Below, in pieces: positions 1 to 8,928 of a stretch of 43,196 bases of DNA. The position numbers and the translations under genes are program-made. Position 1 is the first letter of the stretch. Every line of letters starts with the position of its first letter. The DNA lies in contig CAYLXO010000003.1 of the NCBI GenBank assembly GCA_964387965.1, positions 1-43,196 on the forward strand, given 5' to 3'. The notes beneath the pieces were generated by a model. The model had not been told where the DNA came from. It worked only from the letters and a program-made list of their open reading frames with translations, and made no database searches. The stretch is from an uncultured Candidatus Saccharibacteria bacterium. GTDB taxonomy: Bacteria > Patescibacteriota > Minisyncoccia > Phycocordibacterales > UBA9973.

Positions 1-35
1 AACAACAAACAACAATGATTTTCTAAAGAAACCGG

Positions 36-63
36 ATGAATTGCAAAGCAGTTTGCAATTCAT
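36..63. other. perfect 12-bp inverted repeat ATGAATTGCAAA-gcag-TTTGCAATTCAT, possibly the terminator of a gene outside the window
   Basis: Read directly from the sequence. There is no convincing U-tract on either strand. Confidence 0.3.
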
Positions 64-148
64 TCCCACTTTAGACGATACCCCAATATTTCAAACAAGC
101 TTTAGCTTATAGCTTTTTTCACAAAAAAACAAATCTCAATAGGGTTAT

Positions 149-177
149 TTGACACATTCAATATGAGTAGTAGAGTA
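149..177 (+). promoter_or_regulatory. candidate sigma70-type promoter for the 216..539 gene
   Basis: TTGACA at 149-154, a 16-17 nt spacer, then a TAGAGT/AGAGTA -10-like box at 171-177. The -10 is weak. Confidence 0.35.
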
Positions 178-215
178 AATCCGAACAGTGCGCACGCACA
201 TTAAATCAAAAGCTT

Positions 216-539
216 ATGAGCAAAATATCGAACGCCAATTCAACGATAGTTGGCACAAATGAAAATGGTTCATTTAGTATGAACGTAGATGAATGCTTTC
301 GCTTGCCAAGTGGACGGGTTGTCATGACAGGAAAAGTCACCGAAGGCCGTATATGGCCCAACAATGGACTGACAATCAATATCAATGGCGCAAGTACAAC
401 ACTCAATGATAACGTGGAAGCAATAGAAAAAAACAAGAGGCGTCTTGTTGTAGCAAATGTAGGTGACGAGATAGCGATATCTCTTACCAAATCGAGATTC
501 CACGACATTGCAAAACATTTCCCCGCAAGCTCAAACTAA
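216..539 (+). CDS. small protein resembling a stand-alone EF-Tu / translation-GTPase domain II beta-barrel
   Basis: 107-aa ORF. SGRVVMTGKVTEGRI and VANVGDEIAISL resemble the EF-Tu domain II strings [15 protein letters not shown] and [10 protein letters not shown] (from memory). It has its own promoter-like box and terminator. Confidence 0.6.
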   Translation: MSKISNANSTIVGTNENGSFSMNVDECFRLPSGRVVMTGKVTEGRIWPNNGLTININGASTTLNDNVEAIEKNKRRLVVANVGDEIAISLTKSRFHDIAKHFPASSN

Positions 540-557
540 GCTCTATCAAAAAAATTG

Positions 558-592
558 ATGCCCGTCGTTCAACCAAGTTGAATGATGGGCAT
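558..592. terminator. bidirectional intrinsic terminator between the convergent 216..539 gene and dnaX
   Basis: 16-bp stem ATGCCCGTCGTTCAAC / GTTGAATGATGGGCAT (two G-U pairs) with loop CAA. It is flanked by an A-run upstream and a T-rich stretch downstream. Confidence 0.7.
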
Positions 593-597
593 TTGTT

Positions 598-1623
598 TTA
601 TCCGAGAATTTTTATAAGCGCGAGTTCAAGTGGTAACGACTCGATGTATGCACTCTTTTGGTCTTTCATTGCGTCGAGCAAAGTAATAAGTGTGTTTGAA
701 TTTATATGAAGCGATTGTGCTTTTGACATCGTAATAAGAAATTCTTGCTCTTCTTTTGAAAGCGCACTGACTTCCCCTTTTGCGAGTGCTGGTGCAACTT
801 TCAAAAGCAAAATTCTTCGAAAGCTATGTATAACAAGCTCGAGAAGTGTTTTTAAAGAAATGTTTGATTCTCGAGATTTTTCAAGCAACAACAATGCGTC
901 AGAAAGAGCTCCTCGTGCAATCGCATCAATGATATCGCGTACAAGCGTGACTGATGGTGCTCCAGTGACAGCTTCGGCATCAGAAAGTGCAACTTTACTT
1001 CCAGCACTCGTAATTACTTTTTGTAATGTTCCAAGAGCGTCACGGAATGAGCCATTTGCAAGTACTGCAATAAGATCCGACACTCCAGCGCCAAGCGAGA
1101 CTTTTTCTTTTTTTGCAGTGCGCTCGATAACATCTTTCAAAACAGCTTCGCTCGGACATTTGAACACAAAGGTCTGACATCGTGAGACAATTGTTTCTGG
1201 TACTTTTTCGAGTTCGGTAGTAGCCAAAATAAAGAGCGCATGTTTTGGAGGTTCTTCAAGTGTTTTCAAGAGTGCATTGAAAGCTTCTTTTGTAAGCATG
1301 TGCACCTCGTCGATAATGTAGACTTTGTATTCTGAATCAAATGGGAGCGTGCCAACATTTTCTCGAAGTTCACGAATATTATCTATACCGCGGTTTGAAG
1401 CTGCATCAATTTCGTATATATCGCTTGGTGTTGTACCGAGTGCTTTTGCGATAATTCTTGCAGATGTCGTCTTTCCTGTACCTCGTCCTCCAGAAAAGAG
1501 ATACGCGTGTGCAAGCTTTCCGTTTTTAAGCGCGCCTTCTAAAGATGCAACGATGTGTTCTTGCCCAATAAGATCAGAAAAGACCTCTGGGCGGTATTTG
1601 CGATAGAGAGCTTGTTCACTCAT
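598..1623 (-). CDS. dnaX: DNA polymerase III subunit gamma/tau, short form
   Basis: N-terminus YRKYRPEVFSDLIGQEHIV, Walker A GGRGTGKTT and the DEVHML box. At 341 aa it lacks the tau C-terminal domains. Confidence 0.9.
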   Translation of the reverse strand: MSEQALYRKYRPEVFSDLIGQEHIVASLEGALKNGKLAHAYLFSGGRGTGKTTSARIIAKALGTTPSDIYEIDAASNRGIDNIRELRENVGTLPFDSEYKVYIIDEVHMLTKEAFNALLKTLEEPPKHALFILATTELEKVPETIVSRCQTFVFKCPSEAVLKDVIERTAKKEKVSLGAGVSDLIAVLANGSFRDALGTLQKVITSAGSKVALSDAEAVTGAPSVTLVRDIIDAIARGALSDALLLLEKSRESNISLKTLLELVIHSFRRILLLKVAPALAKGEVSALSKEEQEFLITMSKAQSLHINSNTLITLLDAMKDQKSAYIESLPLELALIKILG

Positions 1624-1630
1624 AGGCAGG

Positions 1631-1658
1631 ATTATACAGTTTGCATGATAATAATCAA
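1631..1658 (-). promoter_or_regulatory. dnaX promoter, apparently leaderless
   Basis: On the minus strand: TTGATT (1658-1653), 16 nt, TATAAT (1636-1631), then only 7 nt before the ATG at 1623. Confidence 0.5.
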
Positions 1659-1664
1659 AACAAA

Positions 1665-1685
1665 GCCGGCCACTATGTGGCCGGC
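1665..1685 (-). terminator. intrinsic terminator after the 1709..2122 gene
   Basis: GCCGGCCAC-tat-GTGGCCGGC, a perfect 9-bp GC-rich stem. On the minus strand it is followed by TTTGTTTTG. Confidence 0.7.
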
Positions 1686-1708
1686 GATTTTACACAAAAT
1701 AATGCGAA

Positions 1709-2122
1709 TCAGCAGTACAGATAAATTGGGTTGAATTGGAATGGTTTATGTACTCCTTGAAATTCTGCCCAGCGTATTTCAGGCACTGGTGACGAGTGGT
1801 CTAAATTGTGAACAATAAAAATTGTTTCCGCTCCACTCTTATATGCCAAATACACAGCGATTTTTACACGAAGCAACTCAAAAATATCATGTCCAGACTT
1901 ATAGTTGTTTAATGCAAGTTCGACTGGTTTTGAATTACGACCAGTAAAAATCTTGCCAATTCCTTCACATACTGCTGATAAACGAGCGCTTCCAATTGTA
2001 ATAACTGCGATGTTTTCTGTATCGGTCGCTTGTGGCAACCGTTCCTTAAGCACAGTTACGTGCTTCATATCTTCATCTGGTTGTGCTCCAGGTGAGACTT
2101 CAAAACTGATTATAGTAACCAT
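1709..2122 (-). CDS. hypothetical protein (137 aa from the internal Met)
   Basis: The ORF track gives 1709..2215, but the first 31 codons overlap the dus 3' end. Met at 2122 (MVTIISFEV...) is the likelier start. No family was recognised. Confidence 0.5.
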   Translation of the reverse strand: MVTIISFEVSPGAQPDEDMKHVTVLKERLPQATDTENIAVITIGSARLSAVCEGIGKIFTGRNSKPVELALNNYKSGHDIFELLRVKIAVYLAYKSGAETIFIVHNLDHSSPVPEIRWAEFQGVHKPFQFNPIYLYC

Positions 2123-2186
2123 ACGTATAGTATTTTTAAGTAAGAGATACTTGCACGATACTATACTTTTTGATTTTGTAAAGCTT

Positions 2187-3182
2187 TTATTTATTGCTGA
2201 GCCATCTCGTAACAATAGCTTCTACTTCATCACTTGTATTACATTCCATAAGTTCTGCTCTGAGCTCTGTTGCTCCCGGAAAGCCATTTACATACGCCTT
2301 ATAATGCTTTTTCATAATCGAGAAACTTTTTATATCACCAAGCAACTGCTCATATAATTTTGTGTGCTCAACCATGACGCGAAGTTTCTCTGCAAGTGGT
2401 ACGTCCTTCTTCTCTTCATCAAACAACCACGGATTGCCGAATATTGCTCGTCCGAGCATTACGCCGTCGGCACCAGTCTCCTGTGCTTTTTTTCGTGCGT
2501 CTTGTATATCTACTACATCTCCATTTCCAATAATGAGCGTCTGTGGAGCGATTTTGTCCCTAAGTTCTACTACTTCTTTTACATGTTCCCAACGTGCTGG
2601 CACCTTGGACATTTCCTTTCGCGTTCGACAATGAATCGTAAGCACTGCAATATCTTCTGCGAGAAGTTTTGGGATCCATTCTTTTATTTGATTTGAATTG
2701 TATCCAATACGAGTTTTGACTGACACAGGCAAGTTTGGTGCACCACGTTTTACAGCTCGAATCGCTTCAACAGCTAATTCTGGGTTACGAATCATGGCAG
2801 CACCACAAAGCTGTTTTTCAATCGACCTATCTGGACAACCCATATTCAAGTCGATGCCATCAAAGCCAAGTTCCGCACAAAGCCTCGCCGCGCCCTCAAG
2901 CTTGTCCATATGTGAGCCGAAAAGTTGCGCGACGATAGGACGCTCACCTTCGGTATATTCCAAGTCTCGCTTCAATACTTCACGTCCAGCACTCATAAGT
3001 CCATCTGCAGATACGAACTCGGTCCAAAATACATGAGGTCCTCCACCTTTTTCTCCATGACGTGAATATTGTGCAATGACACGACGAAAGGCAGCATCTG
3101 TGACATCTGCCATAGGCGCTAGCACGAAAAATGGTTTAGGTAATTTTTGCCAGAATGATTGCATGTCAAAATACCATAGCAA
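2187..3182 (-). CDS. dus: tRNA-dihydrouridine synthase
   Basis: FVLAPMADVTDAAFRRV, DLNMGCP and TIHCRTR motifs typical of the Dus family TIM barrel. The start may instead be the Met at 3164. Confidence 0.85.
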   Translation of the reverse strand: MLWYFDMQSFWQKLPKPFFVLAPMADVTDAAFRRVIAQYSRHGEKGGGPHVFWTEFVSADGLMSAGREVLKRDLEYTEGERPIVAQLFGSHMDKLEGAARLCAELGFDGIDLNMGCPDRSIEKQLCGAAMIRNPELAVEAIRAVKRGAPNLPVSVKTRIGYNSNQIKEWIPKLLAEDIAVLTIHCRTRKEMSKVPARWEHVKEVVELRDKIAPQTLIIGNGDVVDIQDARKKAQETGADGVMLGRAIFGNPWLFDEEKKDVPLAEKLRVMVEHTKLYEQLLGDIKSFSIMKKHYKAYVNGFPGATELRAELMECNTSDEVEAIVTRWLSNK

Positions 3183-3201
3183 TAAAATAGAAAAATGAAA
3201 A

Positions 3202-4119
3202 CTAGGAAGCTTTTTCTTCTGTCTTTATATTCGTGGGCTCACTAAACTTGTAATACACTTTGTTTTTAAAACGTAAATCAAAATACTCAAGCAATTCTTT
3301 TCCTAATTTGAATTTTGCTGAAAGTTCAGGTTTTGAAATTGCAGCAGATAGATTTGATGAAAGAGTGCGATAGTCATCTTTTGCATAAAAGCGAATTGGG
3401 GCTGTTTTATTTTTTGCCACATCGAGCAGAATCTGATTTTCACCAGAATCAAGCACGGCTATCGCCATGACAGGCAATCCCATATCTTTAACGCGCAAAG
3501 AAAACGCAAGCAAATTATTGTATTCATTTTTTGTTAATACATATTTTCCAAGTGGGCTCTCACCTTCTATAAGATGCATTCCACCGAAAAACCGCGTATA
3601 AATATCGCCTGAATAATACGGTGCTTCAGCAACAACTTTTCCTTCGCTATCGGTAAAATAACAAACAAGGCTTGAACTTACTGTGTGAACAGTATCTCCA
3701 CACCACAATGCGATTACGCGTGCTTCTTTTATTTGTATTGAAATATGATTGTTTGAAACACGAGCAATCGATACATCAGCAATACGTGGAAAAGCTGAAA
3801 GTAATCCCGCTTTTATTGCATTTTTTGGATACAAATAAATATTTTTTCGCGGGATGAAATATGCGTATTTGCCGACGAGTTTATTTTTTACATACGCTTC
3901 AATGTCGCTTGTTTCAACAATCTGATTGCCAGAAACTGAAAGTTCAGCAATTTGAAATGAAGGGTACCGAAAAAAATACACTACTCCCACAATAAGGGTG
4001 ACGAAAAAAACAGAAAATAATATTCCGAGTCGAATACGAGCGTTGCGTCGCTTTTTTCTCAAACGAAGAAGCTCAGGTGATTGGCGTATTACTTTTTTTA
4101 CGGGAGTCGTTTGCCGCAT
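3202..4119 (-). CDS. ftsQ: FtsQ/DivIB-like cell division protein (basic N-terminus, one TM, POTRA-like region)
   Basis: An RKKRRNARIR basic stretch, a TM helix, then FQIAELSVSGNQIVETSDIEAYV, which is POTRA-like. Confidence 0.6.
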   Translation of the reverse strand: MRQTTPVKKVIRQSPELLRLRKKRRNARIRLGILFSVFFVTLIVGVVYFFRYPSFQIAELSVSGNQIVETSDIEAYVKNKLVGKYAYFIPRKNIYLYPKNAIKAGLLSAFPRIADVSIARVSNNHISIQIKEARVIALWCGDTVHTVSSSLVCYFTDSEGKVVAEAPYYSGDIYTRFFGGMHLIEGESPLGKYVLTKNEYNNLLAFSLRVKDMGLPVMAIAVLDSGENQILLDVAKNKTAPIRFYAKDDYRTLSSNLSAAISKPELSAKFKLGKELLEYFDLRFKNKVYYKFSEPTNIKTEEKAS

Positions 4120-4135
4120 CAGTGATTAGTATATT

Positions 4136-4163
4136 AAAAAAAGCGACGTTTGTCGCTTTTTTT
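4136..4163 (-). terminator. intrinsic terminator after serS
   Basis: AAAAAAGCGAC-gttt-GTCGCTTTTTTT hairpin with flanking A and T runs. Confidence 0.7.
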
Positions 4164-4182
4164 AATCAAAAGATATGACACA

Positions 4183-5442
4183 TTATCCAATGTAGTCCTT
4201 TCCAAAATATTTTCGAAGTACTTCTGGAATACGAACGCGTCCATCAGCTTCTTGGAAATTTTCGATAAGTGACACAAGAACTCGAGGAGTAGGAATAGCT
4301 GTTGAGTTGAGTGAGTGTGTGTAGCGCATTACTCCGTCTTTGTCTTTATATCGAATGTTCGCTCTACGAGTTTGGAAATCATGGAAATATGAAGCAGACG
4401 AAATTTCGCGGTACGTGCTTTCTTTTGGAACCCAAAGTTCGATATCATATTTTTTTACTTGTCCAAGTCCGAGATCAGCAGCACAATTCAAAACTGTACG
4501 GTATGGAAGACCAAGCGATTCAATAAATTCTTCTGTGTTGCGATTTAATTCTTCATGTACTTTAACAGATGTTTCGTGACTCGCTTCGCAAATAACAAGC
4601 TGTTCGAATTTAAAAAATTCTTGTACGCGAATAAGACCTTTTACATCTTTTGAATAGCTTCCCGCTTCACGACGAAAACATGGCGAAAACCCAAGATACC
4701 GAATTGGCAATTCTGTTTCAGCAATCACCTCATCTGCGTGCATACCCATAAGTGGAACTTCTGCAGTACCCGCAAGCGCATCCCCGTCTTGTGTAAAATA
4801 GACATCTTCCACATCACCAGGCAAATGTCCTGTTGTATACAAATTCTGTTTGCGGACAATTACCGGCGGAAGAACAAACTTGAAATTTTTTGCTGTAAAG
4901 AAATCGAGTGCGTACTGCCAAATCGCAAAACAAAGTCGTGCACCGTCGCCAGTCAAATAATATCCACGAAAACCGTGTACCTTTGCTCCACGTTCAAAAT
5001 CCACCATGCCGTGCTTCTGCATAATCTCAACATGATCTTTCGGCTCAAATGAAAACTGTGTTTTTTCGCCGTGATGCTTTATTTCCATATTGTCAGCATC
5101 ACTTGCTCCTTCTGGAACAGAAATATCTGGGACATTCGGCACATGGAGCATCATCTCGCGCCAATCTGTCATTATTTTTTTAAGTTCCTCTTCTTTTTGA
5201 GTTATATGTTCTTTGAGTGGGCGCAACTCTGTGAGCAACTGTTCACGGCGAGCACTATCTGCTCCGACCATTCCATCTGAAATCTTTTTTTGTTCAGCAC
5301 GAAGATTTTCAACAAGAAGCAATACTTCTCGACGCTTATCATCAAGTGCAATAAGCTCATCGAGATTGAGTTTTACAAGTTTTTTCCGGATAGCATCTTT
5401 GACCAAGTCCTGATTTTCCCGAATGAATTTTATATCCAACAT
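4183..5442 (-). CDS. serS: seryl-tRNA synthetase
   Basis: N-terminal coiled-coil arm (MLDIKFIRENQDLV...), class II core motifs (FRREAG) and TAIPTPR. Confidence 0.93.
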   Translation of the reverse strand: MLDIKFIRENQDLVKDAIRKKLVKLNLDELIALDDKRREVLLLVENLRAEQKKISDGMVGADSARREQLLTELRPLKEHITQKEEELKKIMTDWREMMLHVPNVPDISVPEGASDADNMEIKHHGEKTQFSFEPKDHVEIMQKHGMVDFERGAKVHGFRGYYLTGDGARLCFAIWQYALDFFTAKNFKFVLPPVIVRKQNLYTTGHLPGDVEDVYFTQDGDALAGTAEVPLMGMHADEVIAETELPIRYLGFSPCFRREAGSYSKDVKGLIRVQEFFKFEQLVICEASHETSVKVHEELNRNTEEFIESLGLPYRTVLNCAADLGLGQVKKYDIELWVPKESTYREISSASYFHDFQTRRANIRYKDKDGVMRYTHSLNSTAIPTPRVLVSLIENFQEADGRVRIPEVLRKYFGKDYIG

Positions 5443-5508
5443 ATAATTAGCTATTTAGGTTGAAGCTGTTACGCGTACGGCTTTTATACAAATACAATAC
5501 TACATACG

Positions 5509-5517
5509 TGGTAAAAT
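5509..5517 (+). promoter_or_regulatory. extended -10 promoter of dprA (TGgTAAAAT), near-leaderless
   Basis: cgTGgTAAAAT, followed by 9 nt and then the ATG at 5527. Confidence 0.4.
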
Positions 5518-5526
5518 ACCAAAGTA

Positions 5527-6393
5527 ATGGATTTTAAGATAACAAAAGTCTTTCGTGATGAATTCCCTGATCAACTCTTAGAAATTCCTGATGTTCCCGA
5601 AGCGCTTTACTATGTCGGAAAACCACTCCCAAAAGATGGGCTATATCTTAGTGTTGTCGGTTCCCGTACACATACGACATATGGTGCTGATGCGTGTGCA
5701 AAACTAATCGAAGGACTTCGTGGCTCTCCTATACTAATAGTATCTGGTCTTGCACTCGGCATTGATAGCATCGCACACCGAAGTGCACTTAAAGCAGGAC
5801 TTGCAACAATTGCGTTCCCTGGTTCAGGTCTTTCAGAAGGTGCGCTGTACCCTGCAAGTAATTTATCTCTTGCAAAAGAAATTCTGGCAAATGGTGGAAC
5901 ACTTGTTTCTGAATTTGAACCGAGCTTCAAAGCGACACAATGGAGCTTCCCCAGACGCAATCGATTGATGGCAGGAATTTCACATGCTGTGCTTGTTATA
6001 GAAGCTTCCGACAAATCTGGCACACTTATAACAGCTCGGCTTGCGATTGATTACAACCGCGATCTACTCGTAGTACCTGGACCAATCACAAGTCCGACAT
6101 CCATCGGCGCAAATTTGCTTTTGAAACAAGGTGCTACCCCAATAACACGAAGCGAAGATATATTGGAAGCATTTGGTTTGCAAAGTATTGAGAAACAAGA
6201 AACAAAACAATCTGAACTTGCACTATTAAGTGAAGCTGAACAAGAAATAATCGCATTGCTTACCGAACCACGTGCTCGAGAAGATATCTTTGCAATACTT
6301 GGAAAGCCAGCTCACGAAATTAACATCACTCTTTCTTCCTTAGAAATAAAAGGACTCATAAAAGAAGAATACGGCGAGGTAAGACGAATTTGA
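5527..6393 (+). CDS. dprA: DNA processing protein DprA (Smf)
   Basis: SGLALGIDSIAHRSAL, FPRRNRLMAG and GTLITARLA motifs, plus the conserved dprA-topA synteny. Confidence 0.88.
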   Translation: MDFKITKVFRDEFPDQLLEIPDVPEALYYVGKPLPKDGLYLSVVGSRTHTTYGADACAKLIEGLRGSPILIVSGLALGIDSIAHRSALKAGLATIAFPGSGLSEGALYPASNLSLAKEILANGGTLVSEFEPSFKATQWSFPRRNRLMAGISHAVLVIEASDKSGTLITARLAIDYNRDLLVVPGPITSPTSIGANLLLKQGATPITRSEDILEAFGLQSIEKQETKQSELALLSEAEQEIIALLTEPRAREDIFAILGKPAHEINITLSSLEIKGLIKEEYGEVRRI

Positions 6394-6594
6394 TACTTTT
6401 TAACACAACCCAATATTTTGACTTTTAGATCTTCAGATGTACGCTTAGAAAAAACAGTATTATGATTCCAGTGCTCGTCCTACTTCTTTTATGGATAAAA
6501 ACAAACTTGCCACTTACAGCACGTAAGCCACACGAAATTGCACGCACAGAACTTCCCAAAGACCCTAAAACATAATTTTTTATCCAATCATTTT

Positions 6595-6636
6595 AATGCT
6601 AGCTGTATTTTCTTTTGAAAACGGCTAGCATTTTTT
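6595..6636 (+). terminator. candidate terminator downstream of dprA
   Basis: AATGCTAGC ... GCTAGCATT, a 9-bp stem with a 20-nt loop, followed by a TTTTT run. Confidence 0.45.
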
Positions 6637-6680
6637 ATTTGCCAAAAAAATTGACTCGTGTTACTAATTAGCTTCAGGAT

Positions 6681-8888
6681 ATGAAACTATTAATCGTAGA
6701 ATCACCATCAAAAGCAAAAACTATCGAAAAATATCTCGATGGGGCTTATACCGTGCGTGCTTCTGTTGGTCATATTCGCGATCTTCCAAAATCAAACAAG
6801 AAAGCTATCGATATCCCAGGAGGATTCATCCCCCACTACGAAATTTCAAAAGGTAAAGAAAAGGTTGTACACGAGCTCACTGATCTTGCAAAGAAATCAA
6901 GCGAGGTCATTCTTGCAACCGACCCGGACCGTGAAGGAGAAGCAATTTCTTGGCATCTAAAAGAACTACTCACTGAAGATAAAAAAGTGAAAGCGTCTAT
7001 CAAGCGTGCTGCATTCCATGAAATCACAAAAGAAGCAGTGGAAGAAGCACTGACAAACCCGCGTGATATTGATGAAAAACTTGTACAAGCGCAGGAAGCG
7101 CGTCGTGTACTTGATCGTCTTGTGGGATACGACCTTTCAGGTGTGATATGGAAAAAAGTCCGCTACGGACTATCGGCAGGACGCGTGCAATCACCGGCAC
7201 TTCGTATTCTTATGGAGCGCGAACGAGAGATTCGTGCTTTCGTACCAGAAAAATACTGGGTACTCTCTGGCATATTCAAAACAAAAAATAGCGATGAACT
7301 AACACTTACCTGCACCGAAGAACCCCGTGATGAAAAATTGGTAGAAAAGATTTTGTCTGTTGGAAAATCTGGTACTTGGGAGGTAGCCGATGTGAAGGAA
7401 TCTGAGCAAAAGCGTAGTCCGCGAGCACCGTTTACAACATCGTCACTCCAGCAAACTGCGAGTACTCGTCTTGGCTTTTCACCAAAGCGTACAATGCAGG
7501 TAGCCCAAAAGTTATATGAAGCTGGACACATTACATACATGCGTACTGATAGCACAAATCTTTCTGTTCAAGCCCAAAATCAAATACTTGCAATCGTAGA
7601 AAAAAAGTACGGCAAAGAATACGCTGAGCGTCATATATATAAGACAAAATCAAAAAATGCTCAGGAGGCTCATGAAGCAATCCGTCCAACTCATATCGAT
7701 GCGTTTTCTCTTGGCACAACAGATGAACAAAAGGCACTCTATAAACTCATTTGGGAACGAGCTGTTTCAAGCCAAATGACAGACGCCAAACTTTTGAAAA
7801 CAAAAATTGTTGCACATGTTGTTGGTCATGAGGATATTCCAGAATTTACTGCGAATGGGTCACGTGTCCTCTTTCCTGGATGGCTTCGTGTTGATAGTGA
7901 TGCACGTGGAGAAGATGTTGAACTTCCAAAAGTAATCGCAGGAGAAAAATTGACTCTCGTCGACATCACCAGTACAGAAAAAGCTACTGAACCACCAAAC
8001 CGCTACTCTGAAGCAGCGCTTGTTAAAGCGCTTGAAGAACGAGGAATCGGTCGCCCGTCAACATATGCGTCTATCATGTCGACACTTGAAGACCGTGGCT
8101 ATGTGACAAAACAAGGGCGTACACTCTACCCGACAGACACAGGTGATGTTGTATCAACGTTCTTAGAAAGTAACTTCGGTGAATATATTTCTGACACATT
8201 CACTGCAGAAATGGAAAACGAGCTTGATGAAATTGCAGATGGAACACGACAATATGCAAAAACACTCAAAGATTTCTACACACCATTTATTAAAGTTGTA
8301 AAAGAGAAAGACAAACTCGCAAAAGCAACTGATCTTGGACCTGCACCAGAAGACATACATTGTCCAAAATGTGGAGGCGCGATGATATACAAGCTTTCTC
8401 GAAATGGAAAATTCTTTTCGTGTGCAAAATATCCTGATTGCGATGGCGCACGAAAGCTTGATGGATCAGAAGTACAAGGACCAAAAGAAACTGGCGAAAT
8501 ATGCCCACTCTGTGGAGATAAAAAAGGCAAAAATGGTGGTGGCAAACTTGTCGTACGTGAAGGACGATTTGGAATGTTTATCTCTTGTTCGCGATATCCA
8601 AAATGTAAGTTCATCAAAGAAGATGAAGAGGAGCGAAAGAAAAAAATGACCGGTGTGCAATGTCCAGCATGTAACAAAGGAGAAATGATGGAACGCCGTG
8701 GACGCTTTGGAATATTTTATTCATGTTCAAACTACCCAGATTGTAAAAATGCGATAAAAGCTCGCCCGACAGGACGCCTTTGCCATATGTGCGGAAGCCT
8801 CATGATGGATGGCACGAAGACAATACCGGAGAGATGTTCAAACACAAAGTGTCCAAACCATCGTCCGGACAAACTGGCTAAAGCTTAA
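6681..8888 (+). CDS. topA: DNA topoisomerase I with four C-terminal zinc-ribbon repeats
   Basis: Toprim N-terminus MKLLIVESPSKAKTIEKYL, the active-site region ITYMRTDS, and four CxxC...CxxxxC modules at the C-terminus. Confidence 0.95.
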   Translation: MKLLIVESPSKAKTIEKYLDGAYTVRASVGHIRDLPKSNKKAIDIPGGFIPHYEISKGKEKVVHELTDLAKKSSEVILATDPDREGEAISWHLKELLTEDKKVKASIKRAAFHEITKEAVEEALTNPRDIDEKLVQAQEARRVLDRLVGYDLSGVIWKKVRYGLSAGRVQSPALRILMEREREIRAFVPEKYWVLSGIFKTKNSDELTLTCTEEPRDEKLVEKILSVGKSGTWEVADVKESEQKRSPRAPFTTSSLQQTASTRLGFSPKRTMQVAQKLYEAGHITYMRTDSTNLSVQAQNQILAIVEKKYGKEYAERHIYKTKSKNAQEAHEAIRPTHIDAFSLGTTDEQKALYKLIWERAVSSQMTDAKLLKTKIVAHVVGHEDIPEFTANGSRVLFPGWLRVDSDARGEDVELPKVIAGEKLTLVDITSTEKATEPPNRYSEAALVKALEERGIGRPSTYASIMSTLEDRGYVTKQGRTLYPTDTGDVVSTFLESNFGEYISDTFTAEMENELDEIADGTRQYAKTLKDFYTPFIKVVKEKDKLAKATDLGPAPEDIHCPKCGGAMIYKLSRNGKFFSCAKYPDCDGARKLDGSEVQGPKETGEICPLCGDKKGKNGGGKLVVREGRFGMFISCSRYPKCKFIKEDEEERKKKMTGVQCPACNKGEMMERRGRFGIFYSCSNYPDCKNAIKARPTGRLCHMCGSLMMDGTKTIPERCSNTKCPNHRPDKLAKA

Positions 8889-8893
8889 AAGCT

Positions 8894-8922
8894 TTACAGC
8901 TATATAGTTTTAAGGCTACTAT
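8894..8922 (+). promoter_or_regulatory. rel promoter, apparently leaderless
   Basis: TTACAG (8894-8899), 17 nt, TACTAT (8917-8922), then 6 nt and the ATG at 8929. Confidence 0.4.
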
Positions 8923-8928
8923 AGAAAT

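Noticed and set aside
1090-1115. A programmed -1 frameshift site in dnaX (A AAA AAA G within GCA AAA AAA GAA AAA on the minus strand).
   Set aside because: The gene already encodes only the short gamma-like form. The heptamer lies mid-domain, with no downstream stem-loop and no useful alternative frame.
1709-2215. The 168-aa version of the hypothetical gene upstream of dnaX.
   Set aside because: Its first 31 codons overlap the dus 3' end, so the internal Met at 2122 gives a cleaner arrangement.
6462-6575. A 37-aa ORF (MIPVLVLLLLWIKTNLPLTARKPHEIARTELPKDPKT) in the dprA-topA spacer.
   Set aside because: It has a hydrophobic start, but I can verify no promoter, ribosome-binding signal or conservation. 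It is kept only as a possibility to test with ribosome profiling or comparative genomics.
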